Below are positions 42,207 through 63,436 of a DNA stretch of 64,000 bases, piece by piece; position 1 is the first letter of the stretch, and each line of letters begins with the position of its first letter. Origin of the DNA: Fimbriosthenelais zetlandica (Eukaryota); NCBI GenBank assembly GCA_977030845.1, contig OZ365112.1, positions 5,766,001 through 5,830,000 of the forward strand, written 5' to 3'. The notes beneath the pieces are model-generated. The model worked only from the letters and a program-made list of their open reading frames with translations. It had not been told where the DNA came from and made no database searches. Position numbers and translations under genes: made by a program.

Positions 42207-43848
42207 TTACTCTGCCTTCATCTGGATGCAGACCTTGATGATACTGTCCTTCTTTGACAGCTTCTCAAAGTAACCAGACAGGTGGGGTCGTGTAGAGAGA
42301 AATCTGTCACTGAAGCCAAGCAACCTGATACGAAAAAGTAAGACAGCCAGGGCGATGTCCGCAGCAGTGAAAGTTTTTCTCATCAGCCAGAAGCCTTCCT
42401 TTGACACATCTGCTGGGGAAAAAACTGTCTTAGGTAAAAACTACGAATAATTCCAACAAAGGCAAACTTAGGAATGATATTTTTCATTCATGAAACAATA
42501 ATGAAACTCCCAATAATTTCATCTCGCAGAAAATTAAAATCTAAATATCTAACCTTTTGAATTATCTGCCAGTTTTTTCTCACATTTATCCAGTACTTTG
42601 TCCGTGTGGTCTAAAGTCGCAAGTAGAGCCTCCCTAGAAGGAAATGATGAATAAGCATAGCCGGCTATTTTCTCTTTGTAGGCAGCTTCCAGAATTGGAT
42701 CATCTTTGACTTCAGACAGGTGTTTCTTCATAGTCGCCAGCCCTAACTGACCCTGGATCTTCTCTGAATAGAAAAATTAAAATAATAATATTCTTATATA
42801 CTTTAATACATGATGCTATCTTTCTTAATCGAACCAGTGAAGCAATCAGAGGAAAGTGGTTTGGAGACATTGTGTACTCGTATAATATACCTTTCTGCTT
42901 CTCTATCACATGTGGGGGTAATTTAGAATCCTTTGTCAGATCTTGGTTAACAAATGATCCAAAGGACATAACGGGGACGTTAACACTGTCAATGAGGGTG
43001 ATAAGTTCGGCAGCCTCAGCAGCGGTGGATTGTGGGAACAAGGCTGGACCATCTGAAATTATACATGTCATTTATATCATTTTTTTCCAAAATAACAAAA
43101 ATATCAATTAACAGGTTGTAAATAACAAAAATAAAATTTATCTTTTCGAAACATCTTTCCGAACGTTTTAGTTACTTTAGATAAACTAATCAAGTATTTA
43201 TATACTATACCTACCAAAGTTGTTGTCAATATACTCGGTGATGGTTTTGGAGTCAGCTATATACTTATCACCATGTTGGAGTAAAGGAACCATTCCTAGG
43301 CGATTCTTTTTCATGAACCAGGGAGCAAGGTTTTCATTCTCCAATATATTCACCATGTGAATCTTGTAGGGCACTCCTTTTTCCGCGAGAGCCAACCGAG
43401 CCTGTGTATACAAACAAAAGTAGGGGAATACAAAAAATCTTGTTTTCTTTCCATTTTCGTTAGGTGTTATGTATGGAAAGGGGATTGGTTGTGGAGTTCT
43501 CTGGTCAGATGTACATGTATACATAAGGAGAACGTGCAAATAACATAGGACCTTGACTGATTTTAATCCCTACAGTATAATAAAACTGTATAATATTCTA
43601 CGCAGTGAATCTTTTCAACGATACACATTTGGAAATATACATTTATTTAAGATATTATCCTCACTGTTGATGCATCCCACAATGGAATTAAATTAGGGCC
43701 CCTCACATTGTTGTCTATTTGGAAACAGGTCCGACAATGATAATAAAAAAATATTTGTTCATATTAGGTGAAAACAATTCTTAAAACTCACCTTCTGGGA
43801 GTAGAAGGAACCTGGATGCATATACAGAGCCACGTCGGAATTAGCCAT
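42207..43848 (-). CDS. GDAP1: GDAP1-like glutathione S-transferase-fold protein, 5 coding exons, 273 aa
   Basis: Exons 43848-43792, 43401-43215, 43052-42891, 42763-42554, 42412-42207; all GT-AG, phases consistent, 822 nt. Contains MANSDVALYMHPGSFYSQK-ARLALAEKG...ENLAPWFMKKNRLGMVPLLQHGDKYIADSKTITEYID and WLMRKTFTAADIALAVLLFRIRLLG, matching GDAP1-family motifs (SFxSQKVRLxxAEK, EPWFMRLN...VPVL, FTLADxxL). Strict orthology to GDAP1 versus a GDAP1-like paralogue is not established. Confidence 0.85.
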
Positions 43849-45085
43849 GGTAGCAGATTAATAATATCAAATGTGAATGGATGAGTGGATTCAGATGTGA
43901 CAGAACTCTCCCCTCTCAGTTCACCTCAGATTGTGGACCACTGACACCGATTCATGTCCCCAATGTAGGCTTACATGTACTCTGTCTAAACACAAATGTA
44001 AACATTCAGCTCTAAGGACGATTACCATTCATGGCCTGTAGATAAAAGAAGGGATCATTTTATCATTGTTCTGAAACAAAATTAATTAATGTTATAAAAT
44101 AAGTTCATGTTATATATAATATTCATGAGATTCTAACTGTCTGGTGAGAGATATCCACATTTCCACTTCTAGAGCATGAGATTCTAGAATGTTCTTAGAG
44201 GTCAGAAATTCGGTATGGTCCATGGTGAATTCACTGCCTGGTTTACCAGGAACTTTCTATCACGTGGTCATGTAAGACTTTGACCATTGATAAAAAGTGA
44301 TACTATAGTACTCCAATATTCTATTGCAATGCTTGTATAATATTGTCTTATCAATGAACGAGTCACTATAGATTGATATACAGTATTCATGTCTTGATTT
44401 ACTTCCACTTGTGACACGCTCAAAAATAATGTGTTTTATTAACTCCAGTAAATATTGTGCACCGTCGACAAAAATAACACAAGAATCAGATTAATGTCAA
44501 AGTCAAAATTTTACTGGTGAAAGTGCAAATACAGAGAGTAGTACACACATAATATATGGATGTAAGTGGGTTGTAATAGAAAGAGAAGAAAAGCCAGCAA
44601 GAAAACTCTAGCTACCTGCAGCAACTATAAGGCATTTACTATGAAGATATAGGGATATAAAATACAGCACAGTTATACCATCAAAACTCTATTACAATCA
44701 TAGAATGACATAAAGCTGACCAAACTCTCTCTGGGCTGAGGTATTAATAATTTCCATTGACTAGTAGAAATGAGGAATTCTAGAAGTGATACCTTGTATA
44801 TGTTGGAATAATATGACATAATATCTAAAGTCACAGGAACTCTTACAATACATATTATTATGTCGGGTACATTCTAATGAAGTGATAAATAAAGACATGG
44901 AACATCCACTGATGTCATAAGGGCATAAGAGAGTTTTACTACTTCAAGGTTTCCTAAGCCATATAGTTTTAAAAACACCCAAAACGGTCATAAACAGAAT
45001 GTTCCTAAAGCACTGATGTAAGGATATCCTATCTTATGAATGGATTTCAAATTAATTCTTCAGATAACATGAAAAGTTATGACTA

Positions 45086-45220
45086 TAAAGCCGTCCTACA
45101 TTGGTGCGATTTCCGTTGCGATACAAGCGCGACAAGGGCAGCGCCTCTCGCAAGGAAAAATGTCCCAGTGGAGGACGCATATAATGCTTTAAAACCTTGG
45201 ACCACAATTAATTATAACTT
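45086..45220. mobile_element. Partial, diverged copy of the 3183/18864 MITE family
   Basis: TAAAGCCGTCCTACATTGGTGCGATTT...GCGACAAGG and CCAGTGGAGGACG...AAACCTTGGACCACAATT resemble the family's TIR and internal sequence. Confidence 0.55.
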
Positions 45221-47276
45221 TATTGCCATGTGATATTATTACGAAAGCAGTGGCTAGCCACTGTGACGCATCAGTCGAGCATGCATGGACTTCAGACCGG
45301 TCGGCCAGATAACTATTACATATGGTATACTGGCCTGACATGAGGCTTACTATTCTCAAACCCTCAGTGGGTTGCTGTTTGTACCCAAATAATTATCTCT
45401 AAACGTTAGTAAGCATTTATAAAGAGCCAAAGATCAATATATTTAAACACACCACACACGTGAGATATTCGACGCTAAATCATGTGAAAGGCAAGATGTC
45501 TAGCAATATCATAAAGACAATTTATATGAGACACATATTGGATAGAACAATATTCTTCCCTATTTATCTTGAGATGTAAACATTATGTTCATCCTGGCAA
45601 AACACTAACATGCAATGAATTCATAAATAAGTAGAAACCTGAAACTTGAATGTGATGCTACATACGTTAGGAATTGCATGAAGTATGCTTGGATTTTCTA
45701 CCCATGTAAATAACAAAAAGAAAACAAAGGTTCAACTGTAACTGAACGATGTTAAAACTATATAATATATATTTGAGATAAATACAAAAGGTTGGATAAT
45801 AATAATTGGCAAACCCTATCTAATACATTAACTAGCAAATACCATACACCTATTCTCATACTGTATAACAACGATAATAATTTCATCACAGTATCATAAC
45901 GCAACGAAATAAATGCAAGAACAGCTGTGAAATAATTACATGCAATTATCACACAAAATGATGCAATAATCAATTTGGTATTTCTGCCACAGCCTGCCGT
46001 GACAGCTGTATCTAAATAAATGATTTAATAATAAATGAGACATTATAAAAAATGACTTAATAACAAATAAACGTATTCAAAACTAATTATAAAACATAAG
46101 AAATGTTATTAGTAAGGCTTTCAAAAATTGACTAAATTAATGGGGTTTTCTGGTGTTTTGGTCCTTTGTGTTTTGGCCTTTTTTTCAATTCACCATGCAT
46201 TTGAAGCAACAAGTATACCGTTTTAAAAAACATGACGAGCTACAAGATGGTCAGTCGTATACAGATTACATGTACAATCTTAGCTTCGTCATTATTCACT
46301 ACATATTTCTCTGGCCGGAGTTGAACCAGCCAATTTTGGCCCTATGGTGAACGAAGAATGTTTTGAGCAATTCAGGGAAATGTTCATGAATGTGAAACAT
46401 TTGTCCCTGGAATAGACACTTGTGTTGTATAATGAAGGTAGAGTATCAATCTAGTGAACGATCTCAATTCATAGAACTGGATCCATCAAATAAGTCTCTT
46501 TCAACTAAATCACGTAAGAGCCTATCGTAATCGGAATTACTCGGGATTTTCACCCTCTGATTGACCATTCATAGAACAAGTACAGAGAGAAAAATTCCAG
46601 AAACACAGAATTATGCTGAGAAATGAACCATAGAGTTATAGGTTATCTAACAAGCACATTTAGTTCATACATATGAGCAGTTAATTTTCCACATTTTGTT
46701 TTTCTACTATCTCAGTCAAGTTGCTTGAAGAATAGGAATACCCTTAAAAAGTCAATTTTCCTACAGAACATGCGTTTTAAATTCGATTTGTTGGTGATTT
46801 TTTCTTGAACCTACAAACTTAATAACTGAAACAGCGTGTTCAATCCACTCCGATTATACATTTCAACATTGAATAAGATTAATTATAGATACATAAATGT
46901 AAAGATATAATAATTATGTTGTATAGTATAGATAGTAACAATATCACCTAAATATTCTCGAATATAAGTTTAAACCCCCATCCATACTAAATCAGATAAG
47001 AGAAAAACCACAAAGAAATGAGACATATATAGGAAAACCTAGAGAAAATCTAGGTCTAGGTTGAAAAGACTTAGATAGCATTAAGTCCATTTGGAGACAA
47101 ATTTCATCATATCAGTATTACAGGTAGATCTCTTATGTTCTTCCTTGTTCTTATGTTCTCGTTCCATAATAATATGATTTTGCTCGTAACTTTCAACGCG
47201 AATCTGATACTCATTATATATACTGGTTAATCTTCCACTGGTTTTCGACTAGTTGTCACCCATTTTGCCGTACCGA

Positions 47277-47435
47277 TACCATATTTTCCAAGATATAAGC
47301 CACGACTCTGTCCGAAAATGCGGCCAAAATCGGCAAAATGCGGCTTATTAACCGATTGGGAATAACTTTTCTACCTGTGAAGCCATGGGTGCGGCTTATT
47401 ATAGGTAGCAACTTATACACCAGGAAAACATGGTA
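47277..47435. mobile_element. Small pogo/Tigger-like (Tc1-mariner) MITE
   Basis: ta-CCATATTTTCCAAGATATAAG...CTTATACACCAGGAAAACATGG-ta. Imperfect TIRs, TA TSD and internal GCGGCTTAT repeats. Confidence 0.7.
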
Positions 47436-47847
47436 CGTTGTAAGTTAGGGACATGATAAGGCTGAGAAGCATGGATATCTTTGACAATGATGTTTGTGAG
47501 CCTTTGATATGCACTGTGATTTTTGTATAATGATCCTTTTTAATTAACAAACATGCCACAAACCACTTTCAATGGATCCTATTGCAAAGGGATGCAAACC
47601 AGTCACCTCAAAAACCGCTTTTAAATTACATTCTGAAATTACACCTGAAATTGTACACTTGAAAACATTATTATTGGCATGTTTGGGTCCCTCGATTTCT
47701 TATTCCGCTAAATATAATGGGTCAGAAGGCTCAGTGTTTCAGAAATTGAAAAATTGAAATCTGGATTTTTGCCTGAGAAAATTTGGAGGGTTTTGATTTG
47801 GATTGACGTGGATTTTAGTCTGTATGTTTGCATCTCTTTGTTGTGGC

Positions 47848-50800
47848 TCAGTCTTTAGGCTCGGGGTGGGATTCTAGTGTTGACAGGAGTTCATCATAAT
47901 GGTTGAAGACAGTGTCAATGTACTGACTGAAGACACGGTCGCTATAGTTCTGATGGCGTGGGTTGAGACCCTCCAGGAATCCAATATGGCCGCCATAGTC
48001 AGTCAGCATGATGGTCACGTAACGGCTCTTCCTGGCAGCTTCCATGGGGATAGCTAACAAAATAAGTTCATTCCTTGACTCATTCAGTCATTCAAATGAG
48101 TAATTAATCCATTATTTATTTACTCAATTTCTGTATTTCCCAGTCACATACCGGAACTTCTTACAGGTTTAACAGCCCATTGAATATTTCTGATATGAGG
48201 GGTATATTCTGGGCTGTGGTGGTATACTGTTAGGCTGATATAGCCCCAGGATATAAAATGTGCTAGCTTGAATTAAACCCTGGGATATATTCTGGGCTAG
48301 CCTACCAGCAGAGTATCCCCGGGTATAAAGTAGGAGGGGGTAGTTACTCTTGGAATTTGGAATCTTTTTATTAAAACTTTTATTTTAAAAACAAATTTTT
48401 TTTTTAAAGTTAGGTGACTATGGTGTACTCACCATGTTGAGGGGAGAAGACATCGTCAGCAGAATTAAGACAGAAGAGAGGAACCTTGATGAGGTGTATC
48501 TTATTGTGGATACACGCGTCCTCATAGTATTCTATGTAGGACCGATAGCCAAACTGTTTAGCCGTGAAGCTATCGTCAAACTCACGGATAGTGGTACTCT
48601 GAAACATTGTCCACAAACTCGGTCAATGTTACATGAAAACATTACATAAAACAAAGCAAAGTTCACCTGAACTTGTTTGATAACGGTTCAAAGTTACACT
48701 GGGCCAAATTCCAACATCTTGCCACAGACAGTGGGAGACATGGCTGAACTTTGACATGCCTCTCACCAGAGACAGTGGGAGTCATATCTTGCTTTGGCCC
48801 CTACCGCTAACAATAGTCAAATAAAGTTATAATTACCTGGTAGACTTTTTCGAGGTCGAATTTTCCTAATTTCTGGAACATATTGTCATACCTAAAAGGA
48901 AATTCAGGCAAATCGTTACACACTGTACGAATAAGTAATCATGTAATAACTTTTAAAAAAGGTTTATGATTATATTACGATAATAAATGCTTACTTCTTC
49001 ACATTTTCCACAAGGTTGTTGGTGAGGAAACGGTTAAAGAGGAACTTGTTAAGGGGTTCTTCGAGAGTTTTGTAAGATTCAAACGGATTCCATGCCACAG
49101 AAATGGACATACCAGCAACCATGCGACAGTCCTTACCAGTCTTAGCAAGGTAATTGGTGAGGATAAGTCTGAAACAAATAGCAGGTAAATAAACTGGTGG
49201 TATTTGAAATAAAGCAGTTACCAGTCCAATAATGGCTTCAGTCAAATGACTGGCCATTCCAGCCAAGCCTCAGACCCAAAACATTCGGATGGCTTCATTG
49301 AAAGTCAATGGAATTCTAATTCTTCTGGGTGGGAGCAGGGCCTGGAGTTAAGGCCCCTGGCATACATTTTTTTGTAACACTTTTCAACATAATCATTCCA
49401 TCATAGGACGTTAGCGAGAAGTTCACTGAATTGGTTGAAATATATGAATAGAGGATACTAACCCGCCTAATGAGACACCAACACCAATTAGAGGAGCATC
49501 AGGATATAGGGTCTTGATGTGGTTCACCACAAGACTCAGATCTTCAGTATTCGAAGCATTATAAGTACGCGGAGTCTGAGATAGGAGAACAATACAGGTA
49601 GAACTAATACAGGTAGAACTAATACAGGTAGAACTAATACAGGTAAGACTTACACAGGTACAACTTATACTGGGTTACCAGCAGTCGATGTGGAATCGGT
49701 GAAAGTAAAACACTAATAAAGGCCAATGAAATTCCTTAATTTTCCCCTGACTTAGGCATTTTAAAAATATTCCCTGATTGGATAAATTGAAAGTTGTTTT
49801 CCAGAATGGCTGGTTAAGGTGTTATATAACACTCCATAATCAAACAACTAAAAAAAATTACTCAAATATATTTCAAAATCAAATTTAATTGGCATTTGAA
49901 AGTATGAACAATTACCTTTAAATCAACTCCACCATTACCCCTATTGTTGAAAACGACGCTCCTGTAAATTACAATATACATGTTATGTAAGAAAAATAGT
50001 AAAATTGCCAAAGAAAATGCGAAGAAATCTACCAACATATATATCGTCCAGAATAAAATTGGCTCCAATATAAATGTAAGGCTTAAATATACCTGTATCC
50101 TTTTCTGGAAGCTTCATGGACGAAGTGCAAGGCATAACTTTCCTGACTGCTCCCTACATTATAAAATTGTATTAGTTATTTTTCTGTCATTAGTCTTTAT
50201 AGATGTTTTTGTAATTTCTAATTTCTCACTCACTATAGTGACTATCGCCCACTATTGTATATAACTGACTTTCATAACAGTGTGACGAATACTACCCTTC
50301 TGTAGAGAGATCACCAATTTAAATTAATAAAAACAAATTATAATAAATTGTTAATAATTAGTTTACCAGTAAGGCCGGGGAGGATGAGTACGGTAGGACG
50401 GGAAGCTCTCTTGTATTTATTGTTATCATTTTCCACCCAATCCAGAGCGATCATGCCATTGTCCGGTGTTTTCATTACTTCCCTGATTTACGAAAGAAAA
50501 TAATATTGCACGCACGTGATCCCGCATGTAAAAATACGTACCGTACTTCTTCTATTACCAGGTATCAATGACGTAATACTTTAATACTTAACTAGGCCTA
50601 TTGATCAATCTTAATTATATTTCGGATAAAGGCACCGGTAGATTAAATCATATCTGATTAGGGGAAAGTCCATGTATAATTTAAGCTTAACATATCATTT
50701 CATCACTGAAAAATGAAAATTGTTACTCAATACAATGAATGTTATTAGTCTTTATTACCTTTGATATGGGACCGGGGGGAAGGACTTGTAAAGGCTTCTA

Positions 50801-51748
50801 AGGATTGTCTGGGTTCGCGTCTCAAAACACCAGAAAGTGGGCCAGAACTTGTCACGTACAATAGGCATGTGATCCCAGAAGAACGTATGCATGGCATGGT
50901 TACATGCCAAGACAGGACGCTGTCAAAAGAAATAGATAGGACAATGAAATGGTTCAGAAAATGGGGTGTGGCTACCCTAGGGCCTATAGGCCTACATGAA
51001 TGAATGACTGGGTTGGTGAATGGATNNNNNNNNNNNNNNNNNNNNNNNNNNNNNNNNNNNNNNNNNNNNNNNNNNNNNNNNNNNNNNNNNNNNNNNNNNN
51101 NNNNNNNNNNNNNNNNNNNNNNNNNNNNNNNNNNNNNNNNNNNNNNNNNNNNNNNAGGAATGAGTTATGTAATGGATGGANNNNNNNNNNNNNNNNNNNN
51201 NNNNNNNNNNNNNNNNNNNNNNNNNNNNNNNNNNNNNNNNNNNNNNNNNNNNNNNNNNNNNNNNNNNNNNNNNNNNNNNNNNNNNNNNNNNNNNNNNNNN
51301 NNNNNNNNTGAAAGTTTAAAAAATGTGTTGTTTTTGTTTTTTTTTGCTTTAATTAAAAATGGATGAGTACGGTATGCCTACAGGTATAGAAAAAATAGGT
51401 GATAACCTAAACCTGAATGAATATGAATGAATGAACAAAGCAGGCCTACACAATGACAAAGTAATTCAAAATGCAGAAATTGATGTAGATCTAACAAAAT
51501 TCAAGGGCACAGAATGTGCATATTGACGAATCTACCATGTTGGCCTATACTAGGTCTACCCTAATGAAATTAGTAGACATGAATGATAGATCTAGTTGAG
51601 CCATTCTTCTAATTGCATAATAAAATAGTAGATTTATACGTACCTTGACCACATTCAGTAGATAGTAGGTGACAAATGCTGTCGCTGAACCGATAATGAA
51701 TGAAACCATAGGGTTCCTTTTCATGATATCAATCTCCAGGCCTAACAT
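47848..51748 (-). CDS. ABHD3: Alpha/beta hydrolase of the ABHD1/2/3 family (ABHD1/3-like phospholipase), 10 coding exons, 400 aa
   Basis: Exons 51748-51644, 50919-50759, 50482-50367, 50153-50093, 49961-49916, 49575-49463, 49168-48995, 48891-48837, 48598-48433, 48053-47848; all GT-AG, 1203 nt in frame. Has an N-terminal hydrophobic anchor, IALDW, LILPGLTG, VVFNNRG, nucleophile GVSLGG, IREFDD, Asp in NSADDVFSP and His in GGHIGFLEG. An in-frame TGA lies upstream of the first ATG. Confidence 0.92.
49591..49670. repeat. 15-bp tandem repeat (AATACAGGTAGAACT)x3 plus decayed copies, in an ABHD intron next to the acceptor
   Basis: Units at 49591, 49606 and 49621, then diverged units to ~49670. Confidence 0.85.
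51026..51308. other. Assembly gaps (N runs 51026-51155 and 51181-51308) in ABHD intron 1, probably a (GAAT/GGAT)-type microsatellite
   Basis: The N runs are flanked by TGAATGAATGA and ATGGATGGA. Confidence 0.85.
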
Positions 51749-52748
51749 TGTGATTGTCAGTGACTGTCAGTACAGTACACAGTCGTCAGTAATGGTAAGT
51801 ACCAACCGGTACCAAAACAAGAACCTTACACCGAGACAACGATCACTTCATCTACCGTCATACCTCCACCCGCGGCCTCATAAAACCCAGTCTTAACAGG
51901 TTCCAACGGTCAATGAGGGCAAAAACTCGGCCCACAGTTCAGAAATCAAGACAGACGAACTCTGGACTAAAGTCAGCGACTGGCCTATCTGGACGTCCTT
52001 GACCTTTGGAGCTTTCCGACCGACCCCTTGGCTGACTCGGCTTGTCACTTTCGTCAAAAGCGTTTTCCCACAGAATTGTCTTCTGTATTGGGGTTTAAAA
52101 CGCGGGTATTGTAAAATGAACAAATATATATGGTATTCAGTGGATTTCTATATATTGGGTGACATTTCCTTGATGTTTTAGGAGTTAATACTTTTGACAT
52201 CTAGAAAACTGTTTTCGTCAGCCATCTTGGCCCGTTGTAACGGGTGGCCCGGTACAACTCTCACCCTTTTCTGCTAGTTTCCCTTTGTCCTGGTGGTGGC
52301 GCACTACAGCTATTTACTTCAGCGAGAAACCACCAGGTGCCAGCACTGTTTATAGTCGCATCCATCATAGACCGTCAAGCACGGTCATGCCACCATCAGC
52401 TGAGTGCCCAAGCCGCGCGAGCGAGCATGTTTTCTGCCCAATGCGACTACCCCACAACCGGCAAAAGCGGGAACTAATGCTCAATGCTAAGTGAATGCAT
52501 AGAAGTGTTCTATGGTGAATGGTAACCCGACATCCATACGGGGGAACGTTACAACTCTCACCCTTTTCTTCTAGTTTCCCCTTTTCTCTGGCGGTTGCGC
52601 ACTTGTACAGTCTCAATCCAAATTAACTTCGTTCATAGGATTCTATTCTAAATTTCATCAGGGTCCCTTTCTTTCCCTTTTTTAAAAACTAAATATTTAA
52701 GATATTACAGAAAACAAAGGTCAAAACCATTTTCCACTTTCAGCCAGT

Positions 52749-52754
52749 TTTATT
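52749..52754 (-). promoter_or_regulatory. Candidate RACK1 polyadenylation signal AATAAA
   Basis: TTTATT on the plus strand, ~100 nt past the RACK1 stop codon. Confidence 0.6.
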
Positions 52755-52856
52755 AGCGTCTTCACCACTGGGTTGGGAACATCGTGAAGCCCAACATTCG
52801 ACGAAACAATCCTATCGTACAATAATTAACCGAGTCCATGATTGTATGCATTTAAT

Positions 52857-56772
<3,916 letters not shown>

Positions 56773-56847
56773 CTTGGCTGATGGTTCCGATTCCCGTGGA
56801 TTAAAATGGCCACAGCAGCAATAGGCCGGCCTCAAAGTATGGCCGCC

Positions 56848-56861
56848 AAGAAAAGAGGAAG
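56848..56861 (-). promoter_or_regulatory. TCT initiator / 5'TOP polypyrimidine tract of RACK1
   Basis: Minus strand CTTCCTCTTTTCTT followed by GGCGGCCAT, ~80 nt upstream of the ATG. This is typical of ribosomal-protein-class and snoRNA host gene start sites. Confidence 0.7.
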
Positions 56862-57075
56862 TGAACCCTGCGGAAGCTCGGTACAATGGGTCACCACTGA
56901 GTGGCGCCACTCGTGGCCTACCCGAACATTCAACATTTTCCGTCGGAATTTTTTTATATGTCACAATTTATTTAGTTGATATTCTCTTTAAACTAATTTT
57001 AATATCGGATATTACAGTTTTTCTCTGAATATAAGTTTCAGAATTTATTATCTCGTTGGGGCGAGATGAACTCTC

Positions 57076-57083
57076 TGACGTCA
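57076..57083. promoter_or_regulatory. Full palindromic CRE (TGACGTCA) upstream of PP2Ac
   Basis: Exact TGACGTCA ~170 nt upstream of the PP2Ac ATG, followed by YY1-like GCGGCCATTTT at 57111. Confidence 0.5.
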
Positions 57084-57254
57084 TTACGCCTCGCCGAGAA
57101 GATTTGCGGAGCGGCCATTTTGGGGGAAAACAAGATCGCAACCGTGACATTGTGAAGAATTAAACCATTTTCTTCATTTGTCTTTTGGTGGTTGGAAGTA
57201 AAACAGTTAACGTTACGAGGGGAAGACCTTTAAGATTTAAATAGCGTATTTGAA

Positions 57255-61062
<3,808 letters not shown>

Positions 61063-63436
61063 GTGGAGCCGACTCGGGTGGGACAACAGAGAGATAGAGA
61101 GAATGAACGAGAGAAAGAGAGCGAAAGGAAACGAGAGAGGCTGCTGTCAGAGGGCAGTGGCAGACGCTTCATCAAAAAACCTGATCAACTCCTGCTTCTT
61201 AATACTTCTCCTCCAAACTTTAAACAGAAGAAAGCCACATCCAACAGCCATCCCCACCCAGCGCCTACCTTTACAAGCTACCCTAGGTCAACAGACTTTG
61301 CTGGTGTGATAAAAAAATGTTAATTCAATTCATAATGGAAGCAACAACCAAAAAAATGTTTGGAAATTGAGGAAGATGAAGGTGATGATATGGGTTTTTT
61401 TTAGTATGTGCGACAACCTGCCTAAAATAAAATTGTTGTAGGGTTCTCGACCTGGTTATGCATTGGTGAGGCAGTGCAACCTTTGCATGCAAGTGAATGA
61501 TGTGATGAACTCTCATTGTAGAGACATACAACCAGACTCTGTCACCACAGGTACTCGGCTGTCTCTATGAGGGCTGGACTGGTGGGCGGAGCCGAGCGCT
61601 GGCCTTCTTCAGGGGAAGTCCTTTTGCTCGGACACGCCCACTTTCACCAGGGGACCCTCCCATGAAGCCCTGGCCACGCCCTTGACAGAGACAGCGGCTT
61701 CTATGATAATGAATCTGCAATCACCTACAAAAGCTGCCGCTATAGCTCTTGATTACTCCCGACCTCCCCTCATATTTCACTGTTATCTCAGCATTTTATG
61801 TTGGACTTTTTACCTGCACTTGGAACGTGTCAAACCCTGGTGGTGGCAGAGCTTTGTGTGTCGTTGTGGCTAATCATAATCATGTATCGCCATTTTGATT
61901 TGACGTGATGTTTATGATTGTCACGTGTGAACGGCCATATCCAGATTTGTGACTGTGTTATTGCATGGTGTCCTATAAAGATAATTGTTACAGCACCCGC
62001 AGATTAGAAAAACATAGTCTTGTAATTTCAGTATATTTCATTTTTAAGAAAATCTTAACTTAATCCTATCACTAGTTTCTCAAGAAAAATGAAAACTTAT
62101 AGATTCTGCAAAATGTTTCAATGATTCTCCAGCAGTCCCTTTTGCTGAATAAGATACACTATTTTCTATTTGGAATTTACAGATTTTGTTTCGTGCATAT
62201 TTTCCTAGAGACAAAAGTGGCAATAAAATCAATAGTATTTATGTGTTTGTTTGAGCGTTGTGAACTGCTGTAGCCTAAAGAATTGGTTGATGAATCAAAA
62301 CTGAAATGTACGCTGTAATTAATCCAATATATACAGTAATTTATAAGGTATATTTCAGTTGTGTGGGTACATAATCTATGTATATATATCCTGGTACTTA
62401 TTGACGGATGGCTAAGAGGTTAGGTGTTGAGGGGTTTGGATTGTTTGTCAGTATCTGTGCCCTACTCCACCCCTAATGCTTCTACATACGAAAATACAGC
62501 CCGTTCTTCATGAGTCTAGGTGCGCTGTTCATTGGTAGGCGAGATTAAAGTGCTCCCTCTACCTTTTTACCCTTTACCCCTCCTACCCCATGAATAACCA
62601 TATTGATATGATTAATCGTTTATTCCTTACTCTTCATTTATATGTGCAAAAAGAAATTGTTGAGATGGAAAGCCTACATAATATATTGTTACCTTGGGGT
62701 GTTTTCTGTTTGTCTAGAGGCAAGCTGTTGTTTTAGAAATTTAGGCGAACAGCATGTGGCCGTTAAGTATAGCTTGACAAACATATCTTTAATATCCATA
62801 AGTATGTTCAGTGGTTATTTAACGTAAGATAGTCGGATGGGCGAAGAGAATTGTTGGTAGTATAATAATGGGGTTGTCCGCCTACGAGCTAGAGTTGCGC
62901 GTCTTTATTTTATGTTCTGACATTGGGAACAATACCTATCCTTTGTAACTCGGCACCAACCAACGTACACATTCAGATTTCATCAATAGTCATCACACAC
63001 TCACACATACCTAGCTTTATCTTATAAATACTGTTTTTAAAGTTTTGAATAGTTAGATTCTGAAAAATGGAGATTCATCTGGGACTTATGTTCCATGTCT
63101 GTTATCCGGAATATGCAGAAATAAAAAAATTGTGCCGAATCAGCGTGTTTTATTTTGATTAGCCTAATGGGGGATTTATTAAGCTATTCCAAGTAGATAA
63201 ATATCGTGGATTTTGTAGCAATCTTTCATCCATTTTGATTTTCTTTTTAGTGGTGGCACAGTGCTGCCGCGGGTGGGAATTTCAGGAACTAAACTGCATA
63301 GACTTTCAGGACTTCATTTCAATGCCTTTCACCTGTGGCATAATTATTTATAAATTGATTATATATTCTCAATTTCAATTTCCCGGATACTTAAAATCTC
63401 CCCTTAAATGATGCACTTGGCTCAGCAAAAGGATTT

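Larger units (their letters stand above)
56773..57254. promoter_or_regulatory. Shared divergent promoter and 5' UTR region of RACK1 and PP2Ac
   Basis: 482 bp between divergent ATGs, containing a TCT/TOP-like tract, a CRE and YY1-like GCGGCCAT motifs on both sides. Confidence 0.75.

Noticed and set aside
51000-51366. ORFs spanning N runs
   Set aside because: Artefacts of assembly gaps.
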